Of a stretch of 64,000 nt of DNA, positions 14,020 to 28,789 are shown piece after piece. This stretch comes from Octopus vulgaris (lineage: Eukaryota), in NCBI GenBank assembly GCA_951406725.2, contig OX597815.1, forward strand, positions 106,392,001 to 106,456,000, written 5' to 3'. The position numbers were made by a program, and so were the translations under genes. The notes below the pieces were generated by a model. The model worked only from the letters and a program-made list of their open reading frames with translations. It did no database searches and had not been told where the DNA came from. How positions within the stretch are numbered: the first letter of the stretch is position 1; each line of letters begins with the position of its first letter.

Positions 14020-15610
14020 CTAACATAAGTAATGCAAAAGTGGACATAACTGATATAGGGTGTTTAAATTGCACTTGTTGGTAAAATAATTTCCTCTATA
14101 GAAAGCCATAACTCTGTAAAGTCTACCATCACAAGCAATGCATTTGTGCCATTATTGTAGCCACCTTCACTTCTTTTGTTTCATCAAATTGTCATCCCTA
14201 AAGACTGCTCTCCATTAAACCGAACTGGTGAAAGTTAATGCACACCAGACCCTGGCAGTAATAGTAGAGAAGGGACCACTGACAAATTTGATTTGCTGAT
14301 TGCCTGATTTGTTGCCAAAATTGTGTATGGTTGCACATTATCATGATGAATGTAGATTGTTTTCAAATTCTTGTTTGGTTTCTAACTCCTTGTGGTGTCT
14401 GTAAGCTTTTTGAGTGTCTTCGTGTACAGCTTGCTGTTTATGGTACTGCCACATTCTAGAAAATCAAGCAGAATGATGCTCTTGCCATCCTAAAACTCAA
14501 AGCTTTGAAGAAGAGGTGTGATACCATTCTGTGGACTGAGCCTTCATTTATTTGAATCATTAAGATATGTCCATGTTTCATTCCCTGTCATGAAATTGGG
14601 AAAAAACATTGTCTTCATTAGTTTCAAACATTTCTGATAAATTTCTACCTTCAGATCGGATGTCAATTGCAAAGGTACACACTCTGTAAAGTGGTTTGTG
14701 TTAGGAAGGGCATCCAGCTGCAGAAATCATGAGGCATGACACGGTCTTGCTATTTTGTTGGGTCCTGTTAAAACATCTAACCCAAGCCAGCATGGAAGAT
14801 GGTCGTTAAATGATGATGATTTCTGATATCAAAATCCATCCATCTTCGGTAAAGCATTATGATCGTAGTCTAGTTCAGTGGTTCCCAAAGTGGTCTGTAT
14901 TGCCCCCCTGGGGGTGGTGGAAAGTTCCTAAGGGGTGTTGAAGAAAAGTGGGGTGATAACAGGGTAGCAATTCATGTAAAGATTGGTGTGATAATGGGAT
15001 GGCAATTCATGTAAAAACAACAAAATAATGGGGTCATTAGGTTAAGTCTTATTTAGGAAATACAATTGCTTTGAATTTGCTTCAGAAAGAAGTCTATGTT
15101 TGTGGTGGTTACTTGGGGTAGGGGAGCTAGGAATGTGGCCTGAGTGTCAAGGGGCTGGTAACCTGAAAAAGTTTGGGAACCACTGGTCTAGTTGTACAGG
15201 AAGTTCATTTATTGTGACTTGTCTGCGTTTGTGAATCAGTTTATCTACTCAATGGCGATTCATGTCTGGTCATAGTCAACGATCCCCCGCTGCATAGTTT
15301 GTCTTCAATGCTAGTTTCCTTTTTAAACTTCATCCTTCTGTGCATATTGCTTTTTTCAATGTTGTCACTTTTTGTAAACAACATGTAGCCTTCTGTGGAT
15401 GTCAGACAGCCAGCACCCCTCCTTTGTCAAGAATTCAGTGATGCTATGCTGCTTCTGTTTGGGACCCATTATTTTCCTGCAATGAAGAACAGAAGAGTTA
15501 CTCTAGCAATATGTGGAGTTTGAACATCCTGTGTTAATAAAAAAGCATCCTGTGTTAATTAATAAAAAAGTTATGCTCACTTTTGCATTACTTTTGATAT
15601 GACTCTCGTA
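14020..15610 (-). mobile_element. Decayed mariner element carrying a nested SINE and hAT MITE
   Basis: Inverted termini aagtaatgcaaaagtggacataact / agttatgctcacttttgcattactt...ctcgta. The minus strand reads WHKCIACDG, like a mariner C-terminus. Confidence 0.6.
14876..15185. mobile_element. hAT (Charlie-type) MITE
   Basis: TIRs cagtggttcccaaa / tttgggaaccactg with an exact 8-bp TSD GTCTAGTT on both sides. Confidence 0.88.
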
Positions 15611-18600
15611 ATTTCCTTTTTAGATATTATCACTTTTGGTTTGTTTCTAGTTTTTGTCTTAACTAAAGTTGAGAGATTAGATTGCCTTGTTTCAAGTCAT
15701 GATGCACAGATTGATATCTCTCCTACTACAAAGCAGTATTGCCGTACATATTTTCCTGATAGTAAGCCTGATAGGTAAGCTTTGGTGCGCGCGCACACAT
15801 ACACACACACACACTCTCTCTCACCAAGCTATGGCACTTCTAGCTGGGTTTAAATACACACCCTTATATTTTAGTAGATGGCTGGTGTCTGGGACATGAA
15901 CTGGAAGATTTTCTGTACTTTGTATATGTCCCTAATCATTTCAGTCCTTAACTTGTACATCTCATATATCTAACATGACAACAAACTCAGTCAGAACTGG
16001 TTTACTCTGTTAACTTCTCACGGTGAAAACCTCAATGCCTATTCTTTTCTCCATAGAGACACAAAAGGTGTTGTCTTAAAAGTTGTAAACAAATTAAGTA
16101 AATGTATCCTTTTGATTAAGTACCTACCTTCTCATCGTGGAAGCTCAAGGATTTGAGAGTGTTAATATATATTTTAACCTCCATTACAATATAAAAGAAT
16201 GAAGAATATTTCTAATTTTCATGCAGCACAATTTATTTATACTATTAATTTGGAAAAAATCTTTCATTAATTACAATACATATAATTTGTTTGATGAATT
16301 TTTTTTTCTGTGATTTGTCTGACAGTAAATCTCAAGTCACATATGCTTTGATGTTTTCTAAAATCAGAGTTGAGTCTCTCACAGTGCTGCTTCTATATGA
16401 TGCATATCAGTTTAATGTGTATGAAGATGTTACTATGGTAGTTAAGTAATATAGTGCAGTTGCTTGTCTTCCTTCTGGACAGAAGCAATTTTTAGGGTGT
16501 TTTCACTCCATCATTCTGAATTCAGTAGAAGAATTCTCTGAGTGCACCATATCAGATATTTGTTCTTTATAACATTTCTTCAGGAATACTATTAGATCAC
16601 GATACAGTATCTTATATGGCTCAGAAAGATTGTTCAGCAACTAAAATAAGGTAATAAATCTGTAAAAAAAAGTCCTTGTATGTTTTTTCTGCTTTTGAAG
16701 CATTTAGAAGCATTTTCCCTATTTGTTTAAAATCTGTTAGCTGTTTCCACAGATTTCAGATTAGATTATTTGTGAATTTAATCCTTTGATTTCATCATAG
16801 TTATATTATTGTTATTCTACTGTTATTTAGAAGAACTCATCTTTGAACTATAATCCTATTTCCTGCCATTTGTACTTAAGTAGAATTAAAGACAAATCAG
16901 GCAAGCACCATGTGCCTTTATTTGCTATTTTCAGAGCTCATTAATTACATTTGCACTGTTGTCAAGCCACTTCACAGAATTTGATTTAGAGACTATTTGT
17001 TACCTGACCAGTTTATTTCATCATTAAAGTTTGTATCTCTCATACTGAGTCTGTATTTCCCACACTGAGTCAGTACCTTCCACACTGTCTCTCATGCCCT
17101 CTTTCTCTTACTCTATATTCCTCATTTTGCTCATTTAACACTGGTATCTCTGATTTCTGTCTTTCTCACTCTCTCTTGATCTCCTTCTTTTGACGCATTG
17201 TTGCTTGGCCATGAATCATGTGACTGATGTCATATTATCTAATGAATCCTGCTATATATAATGAGCTAAGTGAACATATAGGAAGTCTTTTTTTTTTTTG
17301 GAGTGGTGGTACCACACAATTTGATATCATTTCCAGGCCCATAGAAGTGATATTAAGCTCTGTTGCAAATGTTTGTGACCAGGCACTTGACAAAAAATTT
17401 ATTGTTATTGTGATCCCGTGGTTCACTGATATCCACTGCACTTTCCTTGATTCCCCTCCCCTCCCCCCAATTAATAAATAACAATAAATCTTCTAGATAA
17501 TTTTCCATTCTCTTTACTAATATCTGTGGAATCTAATCCAACCTTGACCTTATACATCATGTCTTATTAATATGCAAGTTATATACCTTATTTGTCTCAA
17601 AACCAAGCTCTTACCTGGTATTTTATAGTTCATTTCTGCTGTCCAAGCTACGCTTTGTACTTTGTTTTGAAAGGAGGTTTCTGTACCTATATAAAGTCTA
17701 CTCTTCTTAACACTCATCACTCTCCCCTGGACATCAGCAGTAAGGTCTTACAGTTACTTTGGCTCAAACTCTTCTAGCAACCCAATCCTCTTCAATCTTT
17801 ATCAAAGAAATATATCTCACCTCACATTTTTTTTATGTATCATCCTTGGTATCTTCAGTGCTTTCCACTCTTCTCATACTGATGGTTGCAATCTCCATTG
17901 TTTTACACCAATTAATTTCATTCCCTGCATCCCTAACTAACACAGAAATCTAAACATCACATCTGTTATCTCTTTTTCACCTTCAAATCTAGTCTCTACT
18001 GAACTATCTATATTTCTACATCTATTGGTTTTAACCAATGTCTCATTGAGATTACCATCCACACATTCACATACAAAGCAACACTTCTACCTACTGCACT
18101 CTGTGGCACTTGAAGCCAAGTTGGAACTCAATCCTATTAACTATCTCTGATAGTAAGTGTTATCACTGAACCATCAAGTACAGCTAGGTAAGTGATTGAA
18201 ACCATCCTCTTTAGAATGGCCTTCCACATCCCACACATAGCCAAAACTTGGGACCCCGAATCACAAAGTGGTGCTTTCATAGCTGCATTGCAATAGTTCA
18301 GGCAACAGACCTGACCTGCAACACTTGGAGAAAAATCACTTACTACTGTAAACTTGTTGGCTCTTAGCCAGTACTACATCTCCTTCAAGACCATTATCTA
18401 AAACTTCCCAAAGTGCAGCTAATTTCTGGGGTCCTTGTCAAACTTTGTGGAATCATTCTCCCTTCCAGTTCTCTAGTACCACAGACAAAACCCTCTATGT
18501 ATGTATTCAACTTCACTATGCACATTTTGTCTCTTTCCACTCCATCAGGACTGCCATTCACTTCAAACTAACGATTCTCCAATGAGGTCATATCAATATC

Positions 18601-19442
18601 ACATACATAATCACTACACATAAAAAAAAACTGGTATACACTCTCCTCCCTAAACATGAACAACTTACAATTAGAACCCTCAAGGTTGCTACAAAGTGCA
18701 TCACAAAAACTAACCTTCCTCTCCAGAGCAAAAAAATTCTAAGTTTTAGTCCAGGCATATGCTGTCACCTCACTTTACCTTTTCAACTTCTACTACAGTT
18801 GATTCTATACTCCTTGGAGCTGGCTGGTTTCATATACTCTTGATTTGTCTTGCTTCCTTTCATTACTCATACTGTGTCCAGCCCCACCCCCTTGATTTGC
18901 ACTAACCACTATGCCCAGTCCTTCCTTCCTAGAATGACAGTTCAGCTTTGCAGAATTCCTTCTCTGACCATTTTCTTCTTTTTGGGCATCACTCTGACAT
19001 TGCTCAAAGAGGAATCTACACCGGTCTCAAAGACGATGGGTACAGCCCTTTATTTCAAATCAAACCAATAAAAAAGCTAAAGCATTGAGTCTGTGTCTCC
19101 CACATATTTTGGTTAGGAAGAGCAAGTTTCCAACAAAAGTTGTTTAAGATTTCAAGCTTAGTTCAGCCTTTTACTGGGTACATTTGTACATTTTTGCAGA
19201 GTACATAGATACATCATCATTGTTTTAACATTTCCCTTTTCCATGTTGAGGCAGATTTTCTATGGCTGGATACCCTTCCTGTGACTGTCTGTCACTGTTT
19301 TCCAGCGAGGTAATATTTCCCTATGGCCAGGCATGTTTTTCCACAGAAGACTAGAAACAAAGAACATCCCTTGTAGGATGGTGATGCTTATTCACAACTG
19401 TCATACAATATCAAGACAAGAGTACATCTCTCTCTCTCTCTT

Positions 19443-19475
<33 letters not shown>

Positions 19476-19478
<3 letters not shown>

Positions 19479-19938
19479 TAAGCAACAAGAATATCTTCCG
19501 TAATTTGGTACGATCATTTCACGCTACATCATTTTATTAAACATTGTAAGTATTACATCAGTTTTAAAATGTTGAGCAATCATCAGTTATTCATAGAGGT
19601 TTTCCATCAATACATATACTTATTTCCATGTTAATTGATATCTCTGTCTGTATATCTACCCTCTTTATAATGTTATCAATTAACATGGAAATAAATATAT
19701 GTATTGATGGAAAACCTCTATGAATGACTGATGATTGCTCAACATTTTAAAACTGATGTAATACTTACAATGTTTAATAAAATGATGTAGCGTGAAACGA
19801 TCGTACCAAATTACGGAAGATATTCTTGTTGCTTACTTTGATTATAATCACCCCATGGATTTATATGGATAACACCGTACAAAATTCTGGTGCATCTAAC
19901 TTAAGTATCATATTCATTTGAATCTAAATTTTGCTGAA

Positions 19939-19940
<2 letters not shown>
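19476..19940. mobile_element. ~165-bp near-perfect inverted repeat plus a one-sided ~100-bp extension within (TA)n; Penelope-like terminal-repeat remnant
   Basis: Arms at ~19476-19639 and ~19674-19837 around a ~33-bp loop, flanked on both sides by (TA)n. Confidence 0.55.
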
Positions 19941-19996
<56 letters not shown>

Positions 19997-20729
19997 CCTC
20001 CTTTAATGTCCGTTTTCCATGCTGGCATGGGTTGGACTCACACACAATGGACTTCATTCAGTTTCTGATTCCCAAATCCAGTGACAAGGCTTTGTTTTGC
20101 CCAGGACTGTAGTAGAAGGCACTTGCCAAAGGTGCCAAACAGTGGGACTGAATCTGAAACCACATGGTTGCAACCCATACCAACACCTATGCATATTGTT
20201 TTGTCTCAACTGAACAGGAAGAATAGTGTTAGGATGGTGTTGTAGTTGTTTAGCCCTAAGTCAACCATGACTGAGCAGATCCTATCATTCTCTTGAATAT
20301 TACATCAAGGGCTACATTATTCAATGTTTCTATTCTCTTTCAAGATGGTAGTGTGCTATTTGACAACTCTATAAGCCAAGCCATCACACAAATGCTCTCT
20401 CTCATACACTTAGGATAGTTCTGTGGTGTTCTGAGATGTTGTAAATATGTTTTAAGGATTGGGGTGAACACATAGTGACAGGTACTGTGTGAGTTGTAAC
20501 TTGTTGCAGAAACAAGCAGTACCATGTCCAAGTTGTCTTTCCTTTTCAATATTTTTTTGTTTTTAGGTGATGTGTGAGTGTGGTCTGTACATAAACGTAT
20601 GATGTGATCAGAATTATCTTCTTTATATATATATATATATATATTGTTGCTTATATACCTTGCCTGTTTTAGTGTTTCCGTTTTTGTTGCTAGTTCAAAT
20701 CTTGCTGAGCCATTCCAGCTATAACTAAC

Positions 20730-22368
20730 CCATCTTTTTGTATATATTGGAGTACTTCACCAGATGATCCTTTAGAAGAAACAGATGAAGCTAATGATGA
20801 TGAACAGCAGGCTACCAAGAATACAGAAAAGCAGTTTATAGGCAAAAATAATAAAACTCTCTGGAAAGAAGTTCCCCCATGTCTTTCATGGCATACACAT
20901 GCACACAACATATACCAGGATTCACCAGGACCAAGAGAAGCAGCAAAATATGTGTATGCTGCAAAGGACTGCTGGTCTTTGTTTCTCACACAAGAACTTC
21001 TGAATGAATTAGTAGCTTGCACTAATATCTACATTGACAATAAACAAAGAAAATATAAAGCTAAGCCAAAAGAAGGTCATACTAATGGAAGGGAGATGGA
21101 AGCTGTAATAGGACTGCTTTATCTGTTAGGAGTTTTTAGTGTTAACTGAATGAATATGGAAGATGTTTGGGCAACTGATAGTACAGGAATTGAAATTTTT
21201 CCAGTAACTATGCAGTGATTTTGTTTCCTGCTGAGGTCTATGAGGTTTGATGACTGAAGGGTCTATGAGGTTTGATGGCTGAAAGGAGGCTGGAAGATAA
21301 GTTGGCACCTTTTAGAATGTTCTTTGAGAAATTTATTGATAATTGTATCTCCAGTTATAATGTCTCCAATTATAATGAAATGTTAGCTGCCTTTAGAGGG
21401 AACTGTCCATTCAGGGTCTACATGCTAAGTAAACCAGCAAAACATGGCATAAAAATATATTTTGGCAGATGCTAAAACTTTCAATGTATGGAGGTCTACT
21501 TGGGGAAACAACCAGAAGGCTCTTCTATTGTAGATAATTCAGGAGCAGCAGTGGTAAAATGGTTGGTGTCTTATATAAATGGGCCTGGAAGAAATATTAC
21601 TATGGATAATTGGTTTACAAGTTACGGGCTTGCAGTTGGTCTCTTGAAGAATTACAGGTTAACATTAGTTGGAACTCTGAGAAAGAACAAGAAAGAACTT
21701 CCCCCTCAGTTTGTTGCCACAAGAAGCAGAACTGAATACACAAACTTGTTTAGTTTCCAGAAGGATGTTACACTGACCTCATATGTTTCCAAGAAAGGTA
21801 AAAATGTTGTCCTACTGAGCACAATGCATCATGATGCTGCAATTGATGAAAATACAAAAGAAAAAAGAAAACCAGAGATTATTACTTTCTACAACAGTAC
21901 TAAAGGAGGGGTAGACACTGTGGATCAGTTGTGCTCCATCTACAATGTTTCCAGAAACACTTGACATTGGCCAGTTACAGTTTTCTACACCATACTCAAT
22001 GTTGCAGGAAAAATGCATACAATATATTCATGGAAAACTCTCAAACAGCTGTCAGGTGCTGAAAGTTTCTGAGGAAACTGGGACTCAAGTTGGTGGATGA
22101 CCATATCCATCATCAGAAGACAAACCCATTTTTGAGGAAAGACTTGAAAAGGAAGATTCAACATTTCTCGGCATCTAAGGAATTACCTCTAAAATGTCAT
22201 TGTGAAGATTCCATACAAAGATGCTCATTGTGCCCCATGGCAAAGGATCATAAGACAATAAATTGCTACCAGAAGTGCTATGAGCCCATCTACTTGGAAC
22301 ATGCTATATACATTTGGATTGACTGCTTTGCTCAGAGTGATGAGGATGATAGTGCAAACAACGAGTAA
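20730..22368 (+). pseudogene. piggyBac (PGBD4-like) transposase pseudogene; the element's right end is near 22619 (gagagTTAA)
   Basis: Frameshifted fragments FRGNCPFRVYM.SKPAKHGIKI, NITMDNWFTS, LVGTLRKNK and FYNSTKGGVDTVDQ, plus a C-terminal Cys-rich domain RCSLC...C..C...H; multiple stops. Confidence 0.9.
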
Positions 22369-25300
22369 ACATGAAAGGAGCACTCTGCCCACCAAAAAAT
22401 AGTTTTATTTTGTTTGACCTTCATTTTCAAAGAGTACTCATTTGTTTTTGCTTAGATGTTAAATAAATACATTATATCAGAATATGTTTTTTGGTAAAAT
22501 TATTAAGAACACATATAAAGAAATAAAAAGTACTAAAATTAGCTAAACTGTGAGTGGAGTTCTCCATACCCCACCACACTAGCTATGAAAAATATAGAAC
22601 TGCACCACTGGAGAGTTAATTTTAAGTATTTTATGACTGTATTAGCTGACATGTCTTTCCTTTTTCTCACATTGGAGAGTACAGATTTGGCTGTTATTTC
22701 TGGCAGGTTTTCCTATATAAAGTTGAAACTTTATGTGCTTGTAATTATCAATACATTGAAATAAGCTAGTCAGTGGACCCATGCTAATTCACATTTATCT
22801 GCAAGTTTAAACTGTTCCTCATACTTCAAATTTTTGTGTGCTTTTATAGTTGTCAGTAAACAAATAAGCTAAATAGGTCTTAAATAGTTCTAATTCCATA
22901 GTCATTGGCCCAGTGGTAAATAAAGTTGAAATGGAAATACTAATCAGCTATAATCTATAAGTCTTAAGCCATGTCAGCTAAGAACATTAAATAATTGTTC
23001 TAAAACAACCTGATAAATACATATTCACACATGTACATACACGAACACACACACGTTTGTGTGTGTGCACCACTCAGTCATTTTAAAAAGATTAACATTA
23101 AAAGTTGTTCTTGAGGTGAATCCCAATCAAGCAGTTTGATAATCAAAGACATTCCAACCATGACTACCTTATCTTTTTAATGGTATTCAGAGCCACATTA
23201 TCTAATGTACCATTTCTTTATGTAAAATAGCAAGCTGCTATTTCTTGCCACAAGTGACCATTTAAATGTTCTGTTGTTGCTAGTATTTAATGTTTTATTT
23301 TACAATAGCTCTTAAATCTGTCTAGCTCTGTTGTAGCTATAGTAGGTGTCCTTTATCCTCTCTATTACAGGTACATGGTTTAGCTAACATTATCAACTTG
23401 CTGAATGTTTCATCAAATACAGAAATGCTATTATTAATATTAATTTCTTATGTAGGCACATGATCAGAAATTTGGGATGTGGGAAGTAGTAGATTATATT
23501 AACTCCAGTACTTGAATGATTTTTTATTTTATCAACACTGAAAGGATGAAATGCAGAGGATTTGCATTTTAAGATTTGAACTCAGAATGTTTAGAGTTAA
23601 CAAATTCTGCAAGATATTTTGTCTAACACTCTAATGTTTCTGCCAACCACAGTTCTTAAATTATTGCTGTTGTTGGAGTGGTTGAGATGGTAGAAAGTTG
23701 GACTCAGTTTTTTTTTATTGGTATATAGTTACTTACCCCGACAAAGTTCAAATTTTTTCCAGGGTGGATAAAATGGCTATCAGTTGCAAAGGGTTTTGAA
23801 ACAATTACACTTACTCAATCCACTTTTACAAATCTCTGATCTTATACTATCATTATCATCACTTAGTGTCTACTTTCCATACCGGCATGGGTTAGATGGT
23901 TTGACTGAAGCTTGCCAGAGAGTTGCATCAGGCTTCAATTGTCTGTTTTGGTATTGATTATAATAATTATGTACCCATTCTAAATTAATTATTTGTTAGT
24001 CTGGTGAGGATGAGTAAATGTTATCCCTCTTCAGGGAATTAGAGATAACGAGTAGTTAATCTATGAGACAAAAACATGAGCATAGATGGAATTACAGAGG
24101 AATGCATCTTGAGACAGGATGACTGGTCAGAAAGTGAAATATGTTGTGTAGGTTGTTGTTATTTAGATTTAGTGAACCCTTGTTGAACAGCTGTATGATA
24201 TTTATATAGTTAGTTGTACAACAGGGTGTGATCCATAGCTTTTTAGATAGACTATTCCCAACTGAGAGCAGTTTATTCTATGAAAGGAATGAATTGTGAC
24301 AATCTGAGTGTTTCATGTCTTTCACTATTCCCGTATACTTGCAGTCTCTAGTAGGAGCTTCACTAGAGGTAAGTAAAGAGGTTTCAGCTGTAGTATGACA
24401 GTTGCTGTTTCTCCTTCATCTCTGATAGTCTACATCCTACTTTGTTCCAATATAGGAGCTTGTACATAGTTTTTGGACAAGCTTGAGATAACAGCCAAAT
24501 CTTTTTTAACCTACTCCCTACTATTTTAAAATGGTAAAACCATATTGAAAATTTCAATTCAGAAAATAATATACCAGGATAAAAGACAATACCCATGACT
24601 GGAATGTCAATAAAGCCAGCATATAATGAATGATACAGGGAGTGGGGATGCAAGTGCTTTGAGTGTGTTTGGGTGGGAGTGATTAAAATATGACTATCAA
24701 AACAATGGTAAATTAATGTTTATAAAGAGAAATGTTAATAAATGGTATTTAATGGTTTTGTTGTTAAAGAAAAGCAAATACTATTAACTTATGTCATAGT
24801 GAGAGCAATTGATATTAGAACATGAATTACAAGTCAGAGTTGATTAGGTGTTATATATATAAAAAAAGATAGTCTTAATTATCACAGACATTCAAATTAT
24901 TTAATCCAATCAATTTTTTATTCAATACTTCCACCTCAGAACTGTAATTAGCAAATGTTTTCTTCATAAAATATTTTTTTTAATAATTTAGACTGAATAT
25001 TAACTACATTAGCTTCATGAACCTACTTTTGTCTCTAAGTCCAAAAGGGTCTGCAAGGCCCATGAAGGTACTGCCCTTCTTTGGATTTGGGGCAGATAAT
25101 ATACAATTTTAGTTAATTACCTGTGTGAAACATTAATTTTAATTATTCAGCAATTAATTTTGAAAAATATGTCTATGTTGATTATACTTGTAATCACAGT
25201 TGATTTATGTGTATAATATTAATAAATACACATTGGTATACAAAATATTGAAAGATAGTTTCATTTCAGAGCTGTCACAAAATAACTTTTGAATTAGAGC

Positions 25301-28300
25301 TATCAACATTTAGCTTGAACCACTTTCCAAAATTCCTCAAAGGTTTTCAAACATTAACTTCAATTTTCTGGTTCCCACAAACTTCTCTAATTCTCTCAGC
25401 GATTACTGTAGTTTTTGCCACCCATGCTATATGGTTATGTGGTAGTTAGTTATTATTTCTAATTTGAAAGCTATCTACACCAAAGTCCGTGTCATAGTTA
25501 GTCACTAGTTTGAGATGATTAGTAGCTAACTTCTGACTGCGTTTCATGAAGTTGCCCTGTAGCATCTTATTTGTGACTTTATCAAGTCAACTTGCTGTGC
25601 AATGTAAGCAGATATACATGCCATCCACCTCAAATTTCTAAAGTCAGTTGCTATGTGCTGAAGTTGTATACTAGTGAAAAGGGCCCTAGTCTTTGTAATA
25701 GTTTTGACTCCATTATGTATGAGAGGTACATCACAGCAATGTTATATATGTTGTGTCTCCACAAGAAGTCATTAGTGGTCAGAAGCTGCTGCAAAAAATA
25801 ACTTTACTGGAGGTTTGTCAATAAATGGCCATTGTCCTTTCAGAGTCTAACAACTACGATTTGTACTGAAAGAGTGCATTTTTCAATTATCATTATTCCC
25901 CCACCCCAGAAAAACAATTTTTTTTAGTTGTGTTATCTTGTTTATTTTTCCAAATAGTATCTAATTTTGCTAAAGCTACTGTAGCTGATGCAAACTAGCA
26001 TTTTATTTCTTTCTTTAATCTTACAGCTTCCATCAATTATCATCATTATGTCCTTTCTTTTTCCTTGCTTGCTTGGTTTGGATGTGATCTTCTCCAACAC
26101 AACATGCCATTTGAGATCCTTTTTCAACTCTCTCATGAAACTAAGTATCTTGAGATCATCCTTCACCACTTCTTCCCATGTTTTCCTCTTCTACAGACTC
26201 ATTCCACTTAGATTGTTTATCACTTCTTAATTCAACTTCCATCCTCCAAATACATCATGTCTGTAGCATTACATTATCCTTTCTTACTCTTTTATGCCAT
26301 ACATCTGATTCCTCTTTTACCCATTTTTTTCTCTTAGCTTATATGCGTTCCATCATTCATGCAACCTAATATACATCCAAGGAAGCATGCTTACCTCATT
26401 ACATTGGCTAAATTCCTTTTTGAACTCATTACTAACTCTCAACTTGCTGACTTACTTCAGTACTTTGCTCAGAAGCCCTTCAGCTATATCTAGCTTTCTT
26501 AGTGACCACCAGACTATAAGCAAGGTACCCTATCAAAGTCTCTCTCCAGACTGGTGACTGCTAGATATAGTAGCTTACTTTTAGCTAAGAGCTTTTGTTG
26601 TAATTGACTCTCTGTGAAAAGAGAATCAAAGGTACCTTGACTCAACACAAACCTAAACTGAATCTCATCTAAACTAATTTATTTGCTAATCTGTTACGCT
26701 ATAAATTTTTCTATTTTCCTCATAACTTTGTCCATCAATTTAACACTGATGCAAGTGACTAATGCAAGCCTTACATTGTTGTTATTTTTAGCATCATATC
26801 TACTATCCTTGCTCTTATATCCTTAATCATGCTTTTGATTATACATCAGTCAACTTCAATATCTGATCTCTCTTAATTCTCCATAAGATAGGCCTTCTTT
26901 CTCACATGCATTCTCTGTATTCAGCAACCTCTTGTACAACACTTCCATGTCTTTTTCTTAATGTCAATTATGCCAAGTGCATTGGTCATTCTCAATACCA
27001 TTGCAGTATTAACACAAGTACTACTCCTGCATATAAGGATTGTGGCTGTCTTAATTTTAGTATGATTTAATGGGTTTTATTCCTTTCCTGTCATCAAATA
27101 CTTTACACATGGACTAGATGTACTTTATCATATCACAAATACTAGAGAGGTTGTTTGCCAAAATAAAGAGTCCTTACTACTTTGTGTCCATTTTTATTTA
27201 GAATTACTGTTCTTCTAGATAGGTTGTCTTTGTTCAGAGTTCATATTATCCTCCTGCAGAGTTTTGATTAAAAATTTCTGCTCTCCTAATTGAGCAGCCT
27301 TCATTGTGGCCTTATGTCTCCATAATACTGCTAAGAGTGCTCAAACAGCAAAGGCAATGAAGAAAAGAGAAAGCCAGGGGTATATTAAGAAAGGAGAGAG
27401 GTAGTGTATGTCTACAGTATATTAGATTTGTTTTGGATCAAAAAGCAGGTCTTAGGGTAAGCTGTATGTTTTGTTTGTAAAGTTTGAATTTCTAGAAGTG
27501 GATGGGGTAGCTAACAATAAATAGACTTACAAGCTGCAGTCAGAATATTGGTGTCATGAAAAGAAGTGGAGACCACCCAAAACTGCTGGCTGGTGTTTTC
27601 TGTTTTGCTTTCTTAAAAGAATACTGTTAAATGTATTGGGATTTCTACAAATTGAGCAAAGTTCAGAGATGAAAATAAATGTGTAGTAATAAATTAATGG
27701 TTCTTCATCATCATCATTATCATCACTATTTAAGGTTTGCATGAGTTTGATGGTTTAACAAGTTTGCAGGACTGTGTCAAGCTCTAATGTCAGCTTGGCA
27801 TGGTTTCTGATACTCTTCCTAATACCAACCACTTAACAGTGTGTACTAAGTACTTTTCTTGTGCCACCAGCACCAGTGAGGTCACCAAGTAACTTACAAA
27901 ACAGGTAAGAATACGGAAAGGGAAAAGAAAAGCCCTCCTGACTCATTGGTGGAGGGACTATTTGAGAGAAGGGAGGTGGCTTTATCCCAAGTGTTGAGAA
28001 GTTAAAATATGGTAGTGGGACAAATGCAGGTATCTTGCTATAGAGAAAAGACATGGCTACCCTGCCTTTTTTAAGGGTGGTTGGGAATAAATGGGAAGAT
28101 AATGGCTAGTGATGGGAAGCCAGAGCAAACCTTCAAGGTACAAGTTATGGAGGGTGGGTAAGATGGGAGAGACACCAGTGGCATATGAAGAAGGATAACT
28201 AAGAACATAGGGAGATGATGTGCAAGGTGTAGGCGCTGTGGGAAGGAAGATGTAGAAGTACATAAGAGTGGCAATAGTGAGTAGGGTGTGATGGCAGTTA

Positions 28301-28789
28301 TGAGAGGAAATTAAGAATGACAGGAGATATGTGCAGTATTAAGATGAAGTATGGCCAAGGAGGTGATTGGTGAAAATAGTGCAGAAAGGAATGATAATGA
28401 AGGATAGAAGATGTTCCAGTGGGGAAGAAGTTAACTAGTAGCCCAAAGAATGAATGTTGAGTGTGGTGGGATGTAATATGTGCTGATTCTGCTCTCAAAT
28501 GATTACAGCAATTGAGTAATGCCATAGATAGAGAAGTGATGGGTGTTAGGGGAAGGGGTTAAGAGTGAGCTGTGGGGAATGCTTGATGAGGCAAATGGGT
28601 GTTGGGACAGCGTCAACACATACAAACATAAATAAAATGTTTTCAGGATTTCATTTTTGCTCTGATGGACCAGTCTGCTCAATCACAGCAAATTGCCAAC
28701 CAGCTCAGTTCCATGTCAGCTTCTCCATGAGGCTCCATCAGCTTTCACTATTTAGTCCCATGTTTTTCTGGGTCTCTCTCATTCAAAAG

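Noticed and set aside
17700-19050. Possible very old LINE remnants here and at ~25940-27050 and ~63360-64000
   Set aside because: Composition is suggestive, but motifs are too decayed to classify or bound by eye.
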